The notes beneath the pieces are model-generated. The model worked only from the letters and a program-made list of their open reading frames with translations. It was not told where the DNA came from and made no database searches. The position numbers and the translations under genes were made by a program. Of a stretch of DNA of 64,000 bases, positions 9,996 to 19,775 are shown in pieces. This stretch comes from Candidatus Nomurabacteria bacterium RIFCSPHIGHO2_02_40_30 (GTDB taxonomy: Bacteria > Patescibacteriota > Minisyncoccia > Phycocordibacterales > UBA9973), in assembly GCA_001785445.1 (NCBI GenBank), contig MFTV01000016.1, forward strand, positions 6,259-70,258, in the 5' to 3' direction. Numbering within the stretch: the first letter of the stretch is position 1; each line of letters starts with the position of its first letter.

Positions 9996-10017
9996 GGAAA
10001 TATTATAGCATAATTGT

Positions 10018-10174
10018 GAAACTCGTCGAAGGCGCACTTTTTAGAAAGCCTTGCGCAGGAAATTAGAAAATAAAGAAAGTATTCTTTCTATTATTTTCTT
10101 GATTGACGAGGTTTCGCTCCGCAAGCTTGCGGAGATAGATTGCTTTATAAAAAGTTGTGCCAAGAAAGAGTTTC
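10018..10174. mobile_element. MITE-like dispersed repeat, copy 1 (GAAACTC...GAGTTTC)
   Basis: Imperfect ~33-bp terminal inverted repeats; last 62 nt identical to the copy at 16981-17100. Confidence 0.75.
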
Positions 10175-11551
10175 TTAGCAGTTAAGTGTCACGCTCTCCC
10201 CTTGCTCCGGCGCGTAAGCATTAATGCCTAAATTGTCGCGCAGTTTCTGCACTAAAAACAAAGCTCCCTTCGGCTCCCCCATGACCACAAAAACCTTTTT
10301 AACTGAATCTTGCATATCTTCGACAAAGTTAATTAATTCATCCGAATCTTTATGTCCCGAGTATCCTGAAATTGTGACAACGTGTGCTCGAACTACCACA
10401 TCTTCCCCTGTTATACGGACAGTCTTTACTCCCTCTTGAATTAAACGCCCCGGAGTGCCTACAGCCTGATAGCCGGTTAGAAGCAGGGTATTGTTGGGGT
10501 CCGGCAAGTAATGTCTTTCATGGTGCACAATGCGTCCCCCTGTGGACATGCCGCTCCCAGCGATAACTATTTTAGGATTTGGCACATTGCCGATCATTTT
10601 CGACTCTTCTGACTTCAGAGTACTATGCAGTCCCGAAAAATCAAATAAATACTTGTCGCTCTTCATCGCCTTTTGAGCATTTTCGTTGAAATAACTTTTA
10701 TATTGTTTAAAAACTTCAGTTAAACGAATAGCGAGTGGTGAGTCGAGGAAAATAGGCATAATGGGTATTCGGTTATTTTCCACCAAAGCATTAAGTTCAA
10801 AAAGAAGTTCCTGCGAGCGTTCGAGTGAAAAAGTGGGTATGATAAGTGTTCCCTTTCTTTTGTAGTTGTCTTCAATTATTTCCTCTAATAATTTCCTGCG
10901 GTCATCCCTAGACTCATGATTTCTGTCACCATACACAGACTCCATTACCAAATAATCCACACCGGCAACTTTTTCAGTATCCGGCAGGATCGGTGAAGGA
11001 CTGTTGCCCAAATCTCCGGTAAAAAGAATTTTCTTGCCATTATAAACAAACAAAATCATAGCGGAACCTAAAATATGACCGGCGTTAAAAAAAGAAACTT
11101 CCAGACTAGAAGTTATCTTTATTTTTTCATGATACTCAAAACCTTGCCAGAGAGATAAAGCCAGCTTAACATTCTCCGGCGTGTAAATTTTATCCAACCC
11201 CAAGTCTTTATTTTTCTGCAGTATCTGCATAGTGTCCTCGAGCATCGGCAATGCCAGCCCCTTGGTTGGCAGAATAGAATAAATTTTTCCGCGAAAGCCT
11301 TCACTGATGAGTTTGGGGATGCGGCCCAAATGGTCCACATGCGCATGAGTAATAAAAAGGATGTCCACTTCTTTCGGGTTATAAGTAAATGGGTCCCAGT
11401 TAATATCGTCTGCCAATTTTTCCCCTTGAGTCAGCCCACAGTCAACCAATATTTTTTTACCGTCGGCCTCAAAAAGGAAATTCGAGCCCGTGACTGAGCC
11501 TGTTCCCCCGTAAAAAGTTATTCTGACTGTTTTATTTGCTGTTTTTCCCAT
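10175..11551 (-). CDS. MBL-fold beta-CASP ribonuclease (Ysh1-like)
   Basis: THAHVDH, AGHILGS, ESVYGDR, SGH motifs. Confidence 0.93.
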   Translation of the reverse strand: MGKTANKTVRITFYGGTGSVTGSNFLFEADGKKILVDCGLTQGEKLADDINWDPFTYNPKEVDILFITHAHVDHLGRIPKLISEGFRGKIYSILPTKGLALPMLEDTMQILQKNKDLGLDKIYTPENVKLALSLWQGFEYHEKIKITSSLEVSFFNAGHILGSAMILFVYNGKKILFTGDLGNSPSPILPDTEKVAGVDYLVMESVYGDRNHESRDDRRKLLEEIIEDNYKRKGTLIIPTFSLERSQELLFELNALVENNRIPIMPIFLDSPLAIRLTEVFKQYKSYFNENAQKAMKSDKYLFDFSGLHSTLKSEESKMIGNVPNPKIVIAGSGMSTGGRIVHHERHYLPDPNNTLLLTGYQAVGTPGRLIQEGVKTVRITGEDVVVRAHVVTISGYSGHKDSDELINFVEDMQDSVKKVFVVMGEPKGALFLVQKLRDNLGINAYAPEQGESVTLNC

Positions 11552-11904
11552 AAATAAAGAATAGCACATAACCCACCTAATAAATCAAAGAATATATCTG
11601 AAGCAGTATCAACTATATTAAACTGTTCCTTCGCGATAATATTCAAAAAGAATTCGAAAGCCTCCCATAATACTCCAATTAATAAAACACCTAAAATAAC
11701 AGTTAGAATTTGCTTCAAAAAAAGATTTTCATTGTAAAAAACATACAAGAAAAAAAGCCCTACCCAAAAGCCACTTAAAAAGTGCATGATTATGTCAAAA
11801 TACCAAATGGTAAAATACCAATAAAACTCTTGCGCTATTAAATTCAGTATAAAAAGAAAAAACATCAGAAACACTAGATGTTTTAAAATCCTTTTCCTAT
11901 TCAT
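11518..11904 (-). CDS. Hypothetical membrane protein (DxxxH...WExxE...DTxxD family)
   Basis: 4 TM segments; DIIMHFL, LWEAFE, DTASD. Confidence 0.7.
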   Translation of the reverse strand: MNRKRILKHLVFLMFFLFILNLIAQEFYWYFTIWYFDIIMHFLSGFWVGLFFLYVFYNENLFLKQILTVILGVLLIGVLWEAFEFFLNIIAKEQFNIVDTASDIFFDLLGGLCAILYLWEKQQIKQSE

Positions 11905-11929
11905 AGCAACATTTTAGCACATTTCTAAG

Positions 11930-11953
11930 AAAAAACCCCGCGCGACGGGGTGC
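11930..11953 (-). terminator. Intrinsic terminator of the upstream ncRNA
   Basis: ACCCCG-tcgcg-CGGGGT followed by a U-tract on the minus strand. Confidence 0.75.
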
Positions 11954-11959
11954 CTTCTT

Positions 11960-12084
11960 AGGACTATTTCTAATGTATTACCGTAGCTCAAAGCTAAGTG
12001 GGTGCTAGACGCGTGAGGCCAAGACCAAAAGCGATCGAAGCTCCCATAAAATAGTGTTCTAGGTAATAATTGGAAATAACCCTA
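11960..12084 (-). ncRNA. ssrS: Compact 6S-like RNA
   Basis: Own promoter (TTGCCT..TGcTATACT) and terminator; 5' AGGGTTATTTCCAAT-TATTACC pairs with 3' GGTAATA-CATTAGAAATAGTCCT; central bubble; GGGAGC...GCACCCAC apical motif. Confidence 0.65.
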
Positions 12085-12170
12085 CTTAAAGTATAGCAAG
12101 TATAAAAACTAAGGCAACTAGACAAGAATAATTTTCTGTTTTTGAATGAGATTGCAACTAAAAATGCCTA

Positions 12171-12764
12171 TTACGGCATATATTGCTTCATTTTTTCTTT
12201 GAAATCTTCAAAAGATGTGTAAAGTTCTGTCTGTATGCCAAAATCTTTCGCTCCTTGTATGTGTCCGGCTGTGTCGTCCCAAAATAATATTTCTTCTTTT
12301 TGTATATTTTTTAAATCTTCAAATATTTTTAGGAAAAATTCTTGATTTGGTTTTTTGTGCCCTAAATGAGCAGAGGAATATGTCTTATCAAAACTATTTT
12401 TGAAACCCATCTTGTTGAGCATATACTCAAAACGGTACCTTTCGTTGTTAGTAGCTAAAAAACATAATATTCCTTTATGTCTTAAACCTTGTATATACTC
12501 TACCAATTCTGAATTTATCTTATGTTCACGCTCAAACCAATATTCCATAAAAGCGTCTAGGCCTTTATTCCAGCCCCAGAGAGTTAAATAAGGGGAAATG
12601 GTTTCTTTTAAGTCACACTTACCCACTAAACAATCTTGAAACGGTCCATTGAAGAATGGGAGAGTTTTTTCTATAGTAATTCCGTAGTCTTTCTCAAGAG
12701 CGACACTAAATCTCTCTTGATTTGTCAGTAAACCATCGGCGTCAAAAATAACTACTTTTATCAT
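12171..12764 (-). CDS. HAD-superfamily hydrolase
   Basis: IFDADG, ATNN, KP, FWDD motifs. Confidence 0.9.
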   Translation of the reverse strand: MIKVVIFDADGLLTNQERFSVALEKDYGITIEKTLPFFNGPFQDCLVGKCDLKETISPYLTLWGWNKGLDAFMEYWFEREHKINSELVEYIQGLRHKGILCFLATNNERYRFEYMLNKMGFKNSFDKTYSSAHLGHKKPNQEFFLKIFEDLKNIQKEEILFWDDTAGHIQGAKDFGIQTELYTSFEDFKEKMKQYMP

Positions 12765-12775
12765 TAGAAAATATT

Positions 12776-13360
12776 TTACTCATCCACCCCAAAGCGCTTA
12801 TAGTCGTATGTTGTACTATTGCCAAACCAGTGCTTGATTTCGTGTTCCGCTTCTTCGGGAGTTTCTGAACAGTGCATGATATTCATCACTGCTCGCTTTT
12901 CCTTATTAGCCATAGCCGGAGAATCAATAGAGAAGTCTCCACGAATAGTGCCCACGGCTGACTTATAAGGCAATGTATCACCTGCAATCTTTCTAACCAC
13001 ATCTACTGCATGTGTACCCTGGACTACCATTTTCACCAGTGGAGCTGACTTCATATAGTCAATGAGCCATTTTCTTATTTCAGGGCCAATTTTAGAAGTA
13101 TCAGTCGTCCCAAAATCTGCCAGCATATCATAGCCGTACTTTTCGTACGTAGACTTAGTTTTCTCTCCAAGTCTGGTAATCCACGCTTCGTCTTTTGGAT
13201 AATGATCGTTGAGCTGTTCATGTTCCGGTTGAAACATCTCAAGCGCTACAACTTTAAGATCTCGTCGCTCAAATCTGCTTATGACTTCGCCTATTAACCC
13301 TTTCCTAACCCCATCAGGTTTAATCATGACATATGTCTTCTCTTCCTTTGGATGTTTCAT
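12776..13360 (-). CDS. ndk: Nucleoside-diphosphate kinase
   Basis: MIKPDGV, GTIRGDF, NIMHCSE. Confidence 0.95.
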   Translation of the reverse strand: MKHPKEEKTYVMIKPDGVRKGLIGEVISRFERRDLKVVALEMFQPEHEQLNDHYPKDEAWITRLGEKTKSTYEKYGYDMLADFGTTDTSKIGPEIRKWLIDYMKSAPLVKMVVQGTHAVDVVRKIAGDTLPYKSAVGTIRGDFSIDSPAMANKEKRAVMNIMHCSETPEEAEHEIKHWFGNSTTYDYKRFGVDE

Positions 13361-13405
13361 ATTTGGGTATTCTAGCAGAAAAAATTACTTTTGCAAAATT
13401 AAAAA

Positions 13406-16171
13406 TTACTCCATACTCTTATACCTGCCCATGATTTCGGCTTCTACTTCGGCGCGGTCGCGACCGTATTTTATATAAGAAAGTTCTTTCAAGCTGTCTA
13501 CTATACCTACAGTACCCTTTTCAGGGGCTAAAGTTTTCAAATTAAAAGGCTTGGTCGGCTGGCCATTGACCAGCATGCTCATGTAGGCATTGTAATTATC
13601 AAGTTTAGTTATATCTTGGGCCGTAAATTGAGGCTTAAATTTCGGCTCGAGAAAACTCGCATCTTCAGTGCCCACGCGGAATACCGCCATAGAGCCGACA
13701 TTGCCGAAAACAGCATTTTTAATATTTTCTTCCAATTGGGTAATATATTGATGAGCAATGTTAAGAGAAAGCCTGTATTTGCGAGCTTCAGACAAGATAG
13801 AAGCAATAGAATCAGTGGTAACATTCTGGAATTCGTCAATGTATAAATAAAAATCATTCATGGGTTTACCGAACATATCCACGCGCGAGAGCGCCGCCAT
13901 TTGAATCTTGCCCACCAGCACCAAACCAATCAAATTCGCATTAATATCTCCGAGCCTGCCCTTGGAAAGATTAACCAAGAGAATCTTTTTCTCATCCATT
14001 ATTTTACGAAAATTAAAAACAGAGTTCTGCTGCAGCACTACCGGACGCATAATGTCGTTGGAAATAAAATTATCAAATTTTGAAGAAATATACGGCACGA
14101 AGTTTGCCAAAGACTGGTCGCCTGTCGTCTGTTCGGCCGAAACCCAGAATTGTTTGATGATAGGATTCTGGCATCTAGCTAATTTCAAATCTCGAAATTG
14201 TTTATCAGCCAGCACTCTGGTAATCTCTAAGAGAGTCGAGCCCGACTCCGGATCCTCCATTACCAGAAAGGCGCTGTTTCTGAAATATTGTTCGAACATT
14301 GCCCCGCCACCGACTTTCATATCAAAAAGTTTGTTGAAGATTCCCATCATTTCATTTACCACGAAAGTTTTCTGCTCCGGATATTTCGGATCATACTCAA
14401 GCATATTTAGCCCAATAGGACGAGCTGTATAAGCAGGGTCGAAATATATTACATCATCAATACGTTCTTTTGGAATTCGCGACAAAATAGTCTGAATGTC
14501 TGTGCCGTGCGGGTCAATATAACAGCAACCGTCACCATTCTTGATGTCCTGCGTAATCATATTGAGCATAATATTGGTCTTGCCGGTGCCCGTCTGGCCT
14601 ATGCAATAGAAATGCCGCATCCGGTCTTCCCGAGCCATGTGGATTTCCGTGTCTTTGCCTCGGTAACTATTAACCCCTAAGACTATGCCGGCAGTACCCA
14701 TCTCAAGTGGCGCAGGGGCAATACCAGCCTTGGCTTCTTTCAGTTGGGGCTGGCTGCCTATGCCTATAGGGAAATGAAATACCGAAGCCAGCTCTTTCAA
14801 ATTCATAGGTAAAATTTTATCAGGTGAAAAAGAACGGTAGGAAAAGTCATGGAAAAGTTTTTTCAAAATACTGCCCTGAGCTTTTTCGAAAACAAAAGAT
14901 TGACTGGCGGCTTCGGAAAATTGATTAAAGGAGGACTCTATCTCGGTTAGTATCGCTTCTGCCCGCTCAATGCTCTCACCGGAAGCAATGACGCGAATAT
15001 TAGCCTTCATGATAGTGCTTTTCATCTTATTGCCTATTTTTTCGGTGGCGCCTTCATCCACCGCTTTTCGGCCCGGAGTGTATTTTTCATCTTTTTCCCC
15101 CTTTTTTTCTTTTACACCAAAAAGAAGCTCTTTGCCAACGGAGAGGAAAGCTTTATGAAATTTATAAAAATTATCCGACGCATGTTTGACAGACATACCA
15201 CTTTTTACGTCATCTAGAATCATATGGAATTCGTTTATGAATTTATTGCCCGCGGGCGCCACTACGAGCTGGATCGCGGCGCCTTCGCCTTTGGTCTTTA
15301 ACTTAGAGAAAACATTTAGTATCGTATTCATGGGGTCATGATCTATATTGTCGTAAGTCTTGATAGGCATAACTTCACGCTGTGAGAATGCGCCATAGGC
15401 TCCAGCTGAACCGCCTTTTTCGTTAAAAATATTATAGTCATCCGTAACTTCGCGGATTTTAGCATTATGATAAAAAGCTAAAATTTGTTTTTCAAAAAGT
15501 GAAAGATGTTTATTCGGAATTCCGGCATAGACAACCACTTCATCACTTTGGTTGCCAAGCGCAACTTCAAGAGTGAAGTAAATTTCTTTGGCATTACTTT
15601 TGCCTTCGGAAATAGACTGCATTCCTGCGTAAAATTGCTCCATCGCGCCGATGAATTCTTTAAAGCCTTTTGACTTGTCGGCTTCGTCCATCGGTGGTGG
15701 CAAAGTTATTTCAAAAAGGGTCATATGCAGAGACTTATACATGGGTGTACCTTCCTTGAAACCAATTTCTACTTGACCTGTTTTAAGATACTGAATCAAG
15801 ATTCTATGGAAATCGTCATCCACATGCGGGTTACCCATGGATTCTACAACTGCAAGCGCATTTTTAACCCCTTTTGTTATGACAATACCCAGAAGTTCTT
15901 CCATCACAGCATCATGTGGCTCGGGTTTCAGAGCCAGAACTATGTCTTCTGTTTGTTTTTTTTCTAAAATACTATTTTTATGTATTACCTCTTCTATGGG
16001 TATATTCTTGTATGCGCCTACCACGTCCTGCACTGCATTGTCTTTGGCATTCTCAAAGTGGCCTAGTGTTACTAGTTCTTCTTCGCGCTTTCTAACATGC
16101 GCGCGCAAATAGTCGAGCTCTTCTTCTGGAGTCCTAAACTTCGGCATTTCCCTAAAAAATGACGGATGCAT
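13406..16171 (-). CDS. TraG/VirD4/HerA-like P-loop ATPase (CPR type IV secretion DNA-binding-domain protein)
   Basis: RHFYCIGQTGTGKT, YIDPHG, LYIDEFQN, EARKY, AHQY; start uncertain (16171 or 16147). Confidence 0.85.
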   Translation of the reverse strand: MHPSFFREMPKFRTPEEELDYLRAHVRKREEELVTLGHFENAKDNAVQDVVGAYKNIPIEEVIHKNSILEKKQTEDIVLALKPEPHDAVMEELLGIVITKGVKNALAVVESMGNPHVDDDFHRILIQYLKTGQVEIGFKEGTPMYKSLHMTLFEITLPPPMDEADKSKGFKEFIGAMEQFYAGMQSISEGKSNAKEIYFTLEVALGNQSDEVVVYAGIPNKHLSLFEKQILAFYHNAKIREVTDDYNIFNEKGGSAGAYGAFSQREVMPIKTYDNIDHDPMNTILNVFSKLKTKGEGAAIQLVVAPAGNKFINEFHMILDDVKSGMSVKHASDNFYKFHKAFLSVGKELLFGVKEKKGEKDEKYTPGRKAVDEGATEKIGNKMKSTIMKANIRVIASGESIERAEAILTEIESSFNQFSEAASQSFVFEKAQGSILKKLFHDFSYRSFSPDKILPMNLKELASVFHFPIGIGSQPQLKEAKAGIAPAPLEMGTAGIVLGVNSYRGKDTEIHMAREDRMRHFYCIGQTGTGKTNIMLNMITQDIKNGDGCCYIDPHGTDIQTILSRIPKERIDDVIYFDPAYTARPIGLNMLEYDPKYPEQKTFVVNEMMGIFNKLFDMKVGGGAMFEQYFRNSAFLVMEDPESGSTLLEITRVLADKQFRDLKLARCQNPIIKQFWVSAEQTTGDQSLANFVPYISSKFDNFISNDIMRPVVLQQNSVFNFRKIMDEKKILLVNLSKGRLGDINANLIGLVLVGKIQMAALSRVDMFGKPMNDFYLYIDEFQNVTTDSIASILSEARKYRLSLNIAHQYITQLEENIKNAVFGNVGSMAVFRVGTEDASFLEPKFKPQFTAQDITKLDNYNAYMSMLVNGQPTKPFNLKTLAPEKGTVGIVDSLKELSYIKYGRDRAEVEAEIMGRYKSME

Positions 16172-16188
16172 TGCTCTTAAATTATACA

Positions 16189-16974
16189 CTAAACCTTCGT
16201 CAAAATCTCTGGATCATTTTCTGTAATCAATATTGTGTGTTCAAAATGGGCGCTTCGTTTGCCATCAGCAGTGTGAAATGTATAGCCATCTTTATCTAAA
16301 GTTACATTTTTTGTGCCATTGTTGAGCATCGGCTCGATGGCTATGACCATCCCTGGCACAAGCTTGGCGCCTGTCCTGGCTTTGCCAAAATTCGGTATAT
16401 AAGGGTCCTCATGTATGGCTCGCCCCACTCCATGCCCAGCCAAGACTTCCACAATGCCGTATTTCTTTTTCTCTGATTTTCCTTTTGAACGAACAAACTG
16501 CTCTATGGCGTAGCCTATGTCCCCCACGGTGTTGCCAACTCTCGCCATATTTATACCCACTTGTAGAGCTTGCTCTGTCACTGCCATAAGCTCCATGCTT
16601 GCAGAGTTTACCTTGCCTACAGGCGCAGTGAGTGCCATGTCCGTAAAAAGCCCTTTGTGTTTTACCCCTAAATCAATAGACACAATATCTCCCTCTTTTA
16701 AAATTCTGTTTCCTTTAGGAATACCATGAACAACTTCGTCGTTGACTGACACACATAGTGATGCAGGGAACGGAATCTTAGCTCCTTCTGGTTTATAATT
16801 TAGAAATGCAGGCTCATCACCCATTTCTCTAATTAACTTAAGAGCATACAAGTCTAATTCTTTCGTGGAAACCCCCACGGCAATTTTGTCCCGCACTTTG
16901 TACAGGACAGTCGCTAAACGTTTCCCGCATTCTCGCAGTATTTTTATCTCTTCTGGTGTTTTGATTATTATCAT
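16189..16974 (-). CDS. map: Methionine aminopeptidase type I
   Basis: CVSVNDEVVHGIP, GHGVG..IHEDP, IEPM, SAHFEHT. Confidence 0.97.
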   Translation of the reverse strand: MIIIKTPEEIKILRECGKRLATVLYKVRDKIAVGVSTKELDLYALKLIREMGDEPAFLNYKPEGAKIPFPASLCVSVNDEVVHGIPKGNRILKEGDIVSIDLGVKHKGLFTDMALTAPVGKVNSASMELMAVTEQALQVGINMARVGNTVGDIGYAIEQFVRSKGKSEKKKYGIVEVLAGHGVGRAIHEDPYIPNFGKARTGAKLVPGMVIAIEPMLNNGTKNVTLDKDGYTFHTADGKRSAHFEHTILITENDPEILTKV

Positions 16975-16980
16975 AAATAT

Positions 16981-17100
16981 GAAACTCGTCGCAGGCGCAC
17001 TTTTTAGAAAGCCTTTCGCAGGGCGACGGCCCGAGAAGTTCGCTCCGCAAGCTTGCGGAGATAGATTGCTTTATAAAAAGTTGTGCCAAGAAAGAGTTTC
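16981..17100. mobile_element. MITE-like dispersed repeat, copy 2
   Basis: GAAACTC...GAGTTTC flanked by ATAT on both sides; homologous to 10018-10174. Confidence 0.75.
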
Positions 17101-17104
17101 ATAT

Positions 17105-17794
17105 TTATGAAATTATTGTCCCTAGAAATTGCTCCCCATTTAGACACTTGGTCAAATTATCAATCGGCTTGCCGTTCATTATCATTACTTGGATGCCTTC
17201 TTTTTGCGCTACTTCCGAAGCCACTGGGTCAAATGGAGAGCTTAGCCTCGAGGTCCATTGCGCAGGTATAATTGCTCGATAATCAGCCCAAGAAATTTTC
17301 TCAATTTTTTTGGCGTCCGGATTTACCTTGGGGTCTTTATCGTAGACATAATCAATATTGGAAAGATTTATGATTTTTTTGGCCTTCAAGTGCTTGGCCG
17401 CCAGCACGGCATCCCAGTCTGTGCTTTTCCCCGGCTCGTAGGCGGAGCCTATGACTACATTTTTTTCAAAAGAAAAAGGAACACCCAAGTTGGCTATCAC
17501 TTTATTATGAGCAACATCTGCGAAAATAACACGGAGCAACTCCGCATTGAGCTTCAGTGACGCAATGCCTATCCAGTCTAAGTCTTCACTAGTCGGACTC
17601 CCAAGTTCTTTGGCCACTTTATTATACCTGCGATTAATTTCTCCTCCGCCGGTTATAATTACAAATTTTTTACGCTGATTGTTATCTTTGGCAACATGCG
17701 AAAGTATTAAAGCTTTAAATTCTTTTAAAAAATCTATGTCTATGCTGTCGGGTACTATAAGTGAGCCGCCCAGTGAAATTATTATTGTTTCCAT
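17105..17794 (-). CDS. pyrH: UMP kinase (archaeal-type)
   Basis: ISLGGSLI, ITGGG, DWIGI, PGKSTD, NIDYVYDKDP, PFDPVA. Confidence 0.92.
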   Translation of the reverse strand: METIIISLGGSLIVPDSIDIDFLKEFKALILSHVAKDNNQRKKFVIITGGGEINRRYNKVAKELGSPTSEDLDWIGIASLKLNAELLRVIFADVAHNKVIANLGVPFSFEKNVVIGSAYEPGKSTDWDAVLAAKHLKAKKIINLSNIDYVYDKDPKVNPDAKKIEKISWADYRAIIPAQWTSRLSSPFDPVASEVAQKEGIQVMIMNGKPIDNLTKCLNGEQFLGTIIS

Positions 17795-17797
17795 GTG

Positions 17798-18385
17798 TTA
17801 ATACCCTAAAGCTTTAATAATATCTTTATGAACATCCGGTATAGATTGCTCTCCATTAATTGTGTAAATTGTGTAACCCGTTTTATTTTTGAAATAATTC
17901 ATCGCCGGAACCACATTGTTTATATATTCATCAAATCTTTTGGCAATGCCTTGTACTGTGTCATCACTTCTACCCCGTAATAAATTTCTGTTCATTGCTT
18001 CCTCTTTACCCACTTCAATATAAATAACACTTACTTTGTCGTGCTTGAAAAACTTCATCATTTGTTCAAAAAGTTCTGATTGCGGCACTGTGCGAGGATA
18101 GCCGTCAGCCACCAGATTCTTTTCGGCTGTCAGAGAAGAGATGAGGATGTTGGTAAAAATTGCATCGGTTAAAAAGTCCGCTACCAACTCTCCCCGAGCT
18201 ATGGTGTCTTTTATCAAATTTCCCGTATAACTCCCAGAAGCTATCAATGACCTGAAGCCTTCACCAGTGCCAGCATATACAGACTCTAATCCGCCTTTAG
18301 ACTTGAGATATTCCATCAAGAGCTTCACTTGTGTCCCCTTACCGGAACCCACTATTCCAAAAAATACAAATGCCTGTGGTTTCAT
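17798..18385 (-). CDS. adk: Adenylate kinase (short type)
   Basis: GIVGSGKGTQ, DGYPR, RGRSDD; near secY/map. Confidence 0.85.
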   Translation of the reverse strand: MKPQAFVFFGIVGSGKGTQVKLLMEYLKSKGGLESVYAGTGEGFRSLIASGSYTGNLIKDTIARGELVADFLTDAIFTNILISSLTAEKNLVADGYPRTVPQSELFEQMMKFFKHDKVSVIYIEVGKEEAMNRNLLRGRSDDTVQGIAKRFDEYINNVVPAMNYFKNKTGYTIYTINGEQSIPDVHKDIIKALGY

Positions 18386-18407
18386 CTGTGTTATAATAAC
18401 ACAAATC

Positions 18408-18974
18408 ATGAAAAAAGAAATCATCACTATTTGCGGAGGGCTCGGCAGTGGCAAGTCCAGCACGGCGAAGAAAGTTGCGCAAACTTTAGGCTATAAGCAT
18501 TTCTCTTCCGGAGACTTTTTTCGAGAAGTGGGGCTGAAGCTTGGGCTGTCAGTCAACGAAGTCAACATACGAGCCGAGACTGACCCCAGAATAGATGAAA
18601 TGACTGACCAGAAACTGCGCGACATGGGCAAAGAAAATAAAGTTGTCATAGATTCTCGCACTGCCTACCACTGGATACCAGAATCTTTTAAAGTTTATCT
18701 TGACTTGCCGACAGAAATAGCCAAGGGAAGAATCTTAAATAGTGTCAAGGCGGATAAATTACGCGAGCAGTCCGAGCAAGTATCAACTAGTGAAGAAGTC
18801 TTTCAAAAAATGCATGAACGGTTCCAAAGCGAGCAAAAGAGATATTGGGATTTATATAAAATAAATAATACTGACAAAAACCAATTTGACCTCGTAGTAG
18901 ACACAAACAAAAACAATCTTGAGCAAGTTGTCGCTATCGTCGTATCAGAATACAAAAAGTGGAGAGAAAAATAA
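18408..18974 (+). CDS. cmk: Cytidylate kinase (archaeal-type)
   Basis: ITICGGLGSGKSS, SSGDFFR, SEQKRYWDLY, DLVVDT. Confidence 0.85.
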   Translation: MKKEIITICGGLGSGKSSTAKKVAQTLGYKHFSSGDFFREVGLKLGLSVNEVNIRAETDPRIDEMTDQKLRDMGKENKVVIDSRTAYHWIPESFKVYLDLPTEIAKGRILNSVKADKLREQSEQVSTSEEVFQKMHERFQSEQKRYWDLYKINNTDKNQFDLVVDTNKNNLEQVVAIVVSEYKKWREK

Positions 18975-19016
18975 TATGTTTCAATCAAAAATACTTTTGA
19001 ACAACTTCTAACTTCT

Positions 19017-19050
19017 GTCGTGAAATCACGCATATGCGTGATTTCACGAC
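19017..19050. repeat. Perfect 34-bp palindrome (family A, copy 1)
   Basis: GTCGTGAAATCACGCAT|ATGCGTGATTTCACGAC. Confidence 0.95.
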
Positions 19051-19087
19051 TATATCACACCATTAAAAACATACATATTACTACTTC

Positions 19088-19621
19088 CTACAAACCAAAG
19101 TAAGTCTTTAATTTCTTGTCGTCCAAAATTTTATCCACCTCCAAAATTTCTATGTGTCTACGAACTCCGAAAAAGTCAGCCACAAAGAGTATCTCCCCTT
19201 CGCATGGATACGGATAGATCCATGCGCTTTTTTGGAATTTGAAAAAGCCTAGATCTTTTAGTTTCCATCTAAATGCATCGCGCGCTTTTTTAAATCTAAT
19301 AGGCAGGTCATACATTACTAAACTCCATTTTCCGTCCCATTTCTTTGGATTTTTTATCATAACCTCATCAATCAAAATATCCTGCAATTTATTTTCGCCT
19401 TTTGGGGTAAGCACGTTTGTATTTTCCCCTGCTACATGCCTTATAAATCTATAGCGCCTAAATCCATAGAGAATCCGTCTAGCCTCCCGGCTTTCATGCA
19501 AATGGGGCGGTAACTTTTCTCCAAGCGCAATAGAACAAAGAATGCTTTGCGCCAAATTTATCCCCTCGCCTCCAGCGCTAAACAATTTCTTAAGTTTTAT
19601 GACATGTTTTCGTTCAACCAT
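19088..19621 (-). CDS. PaaX-like protein with Cas2-like domain
   Basis: wHTH-like N-terminus (LTPKG), then WDGKWSLVMYDLP..R..FR..L..LGF..FQKSAWIYPYPC. Confidence 0.8.
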   Translation of the reverse strand: MVERKHVIKLKKLFSAGGEGINLAQSILCSIALGEKLPPHLHESREARRILYGFRRYRFIRHVAGENTNVLTPKGENKLQDILIDEVMIKNPKKWDGKWSLVMYDLPIRFKKARDAFRWKLKDLGFFKFQKSAWIYPYPCEGEILFVADFFGVRRHIEILEVDKILDDKKLKTYFGL

Positions 19622-19626
19622 ATGTA

Positions 19627-19662
19627 TGTAGTGAATTCTAGCATATGCGTGATTTCACTACA
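19627..19662. repeat. Imperfect 36-bp palindrome (family A, copy 2)
   Basis: TGTAGTGAATTCTAGCATATGCGTGATTTCACTACA, 5 nt upstream of the gene start. Confidence 0.9.
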
Positions 19663-19775
19663 AGAGAAAATGGAACGCAGATGAAGAGAGATTAATTTTT
19701 ATTGAAAATAGAAAAAGGTGTCGGCAACCTTTTTCAGATTACGCAACACCTTTGATATTTCTGCCGAATTTTTCT

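Noticed and set aside
13406-16171. Conjugative element suggested by the TraG/VirD4-like ATPase
   Set aside because: No relaxase, VirB4, integrase or att sites nearby; the gene sits among housekeeping genes
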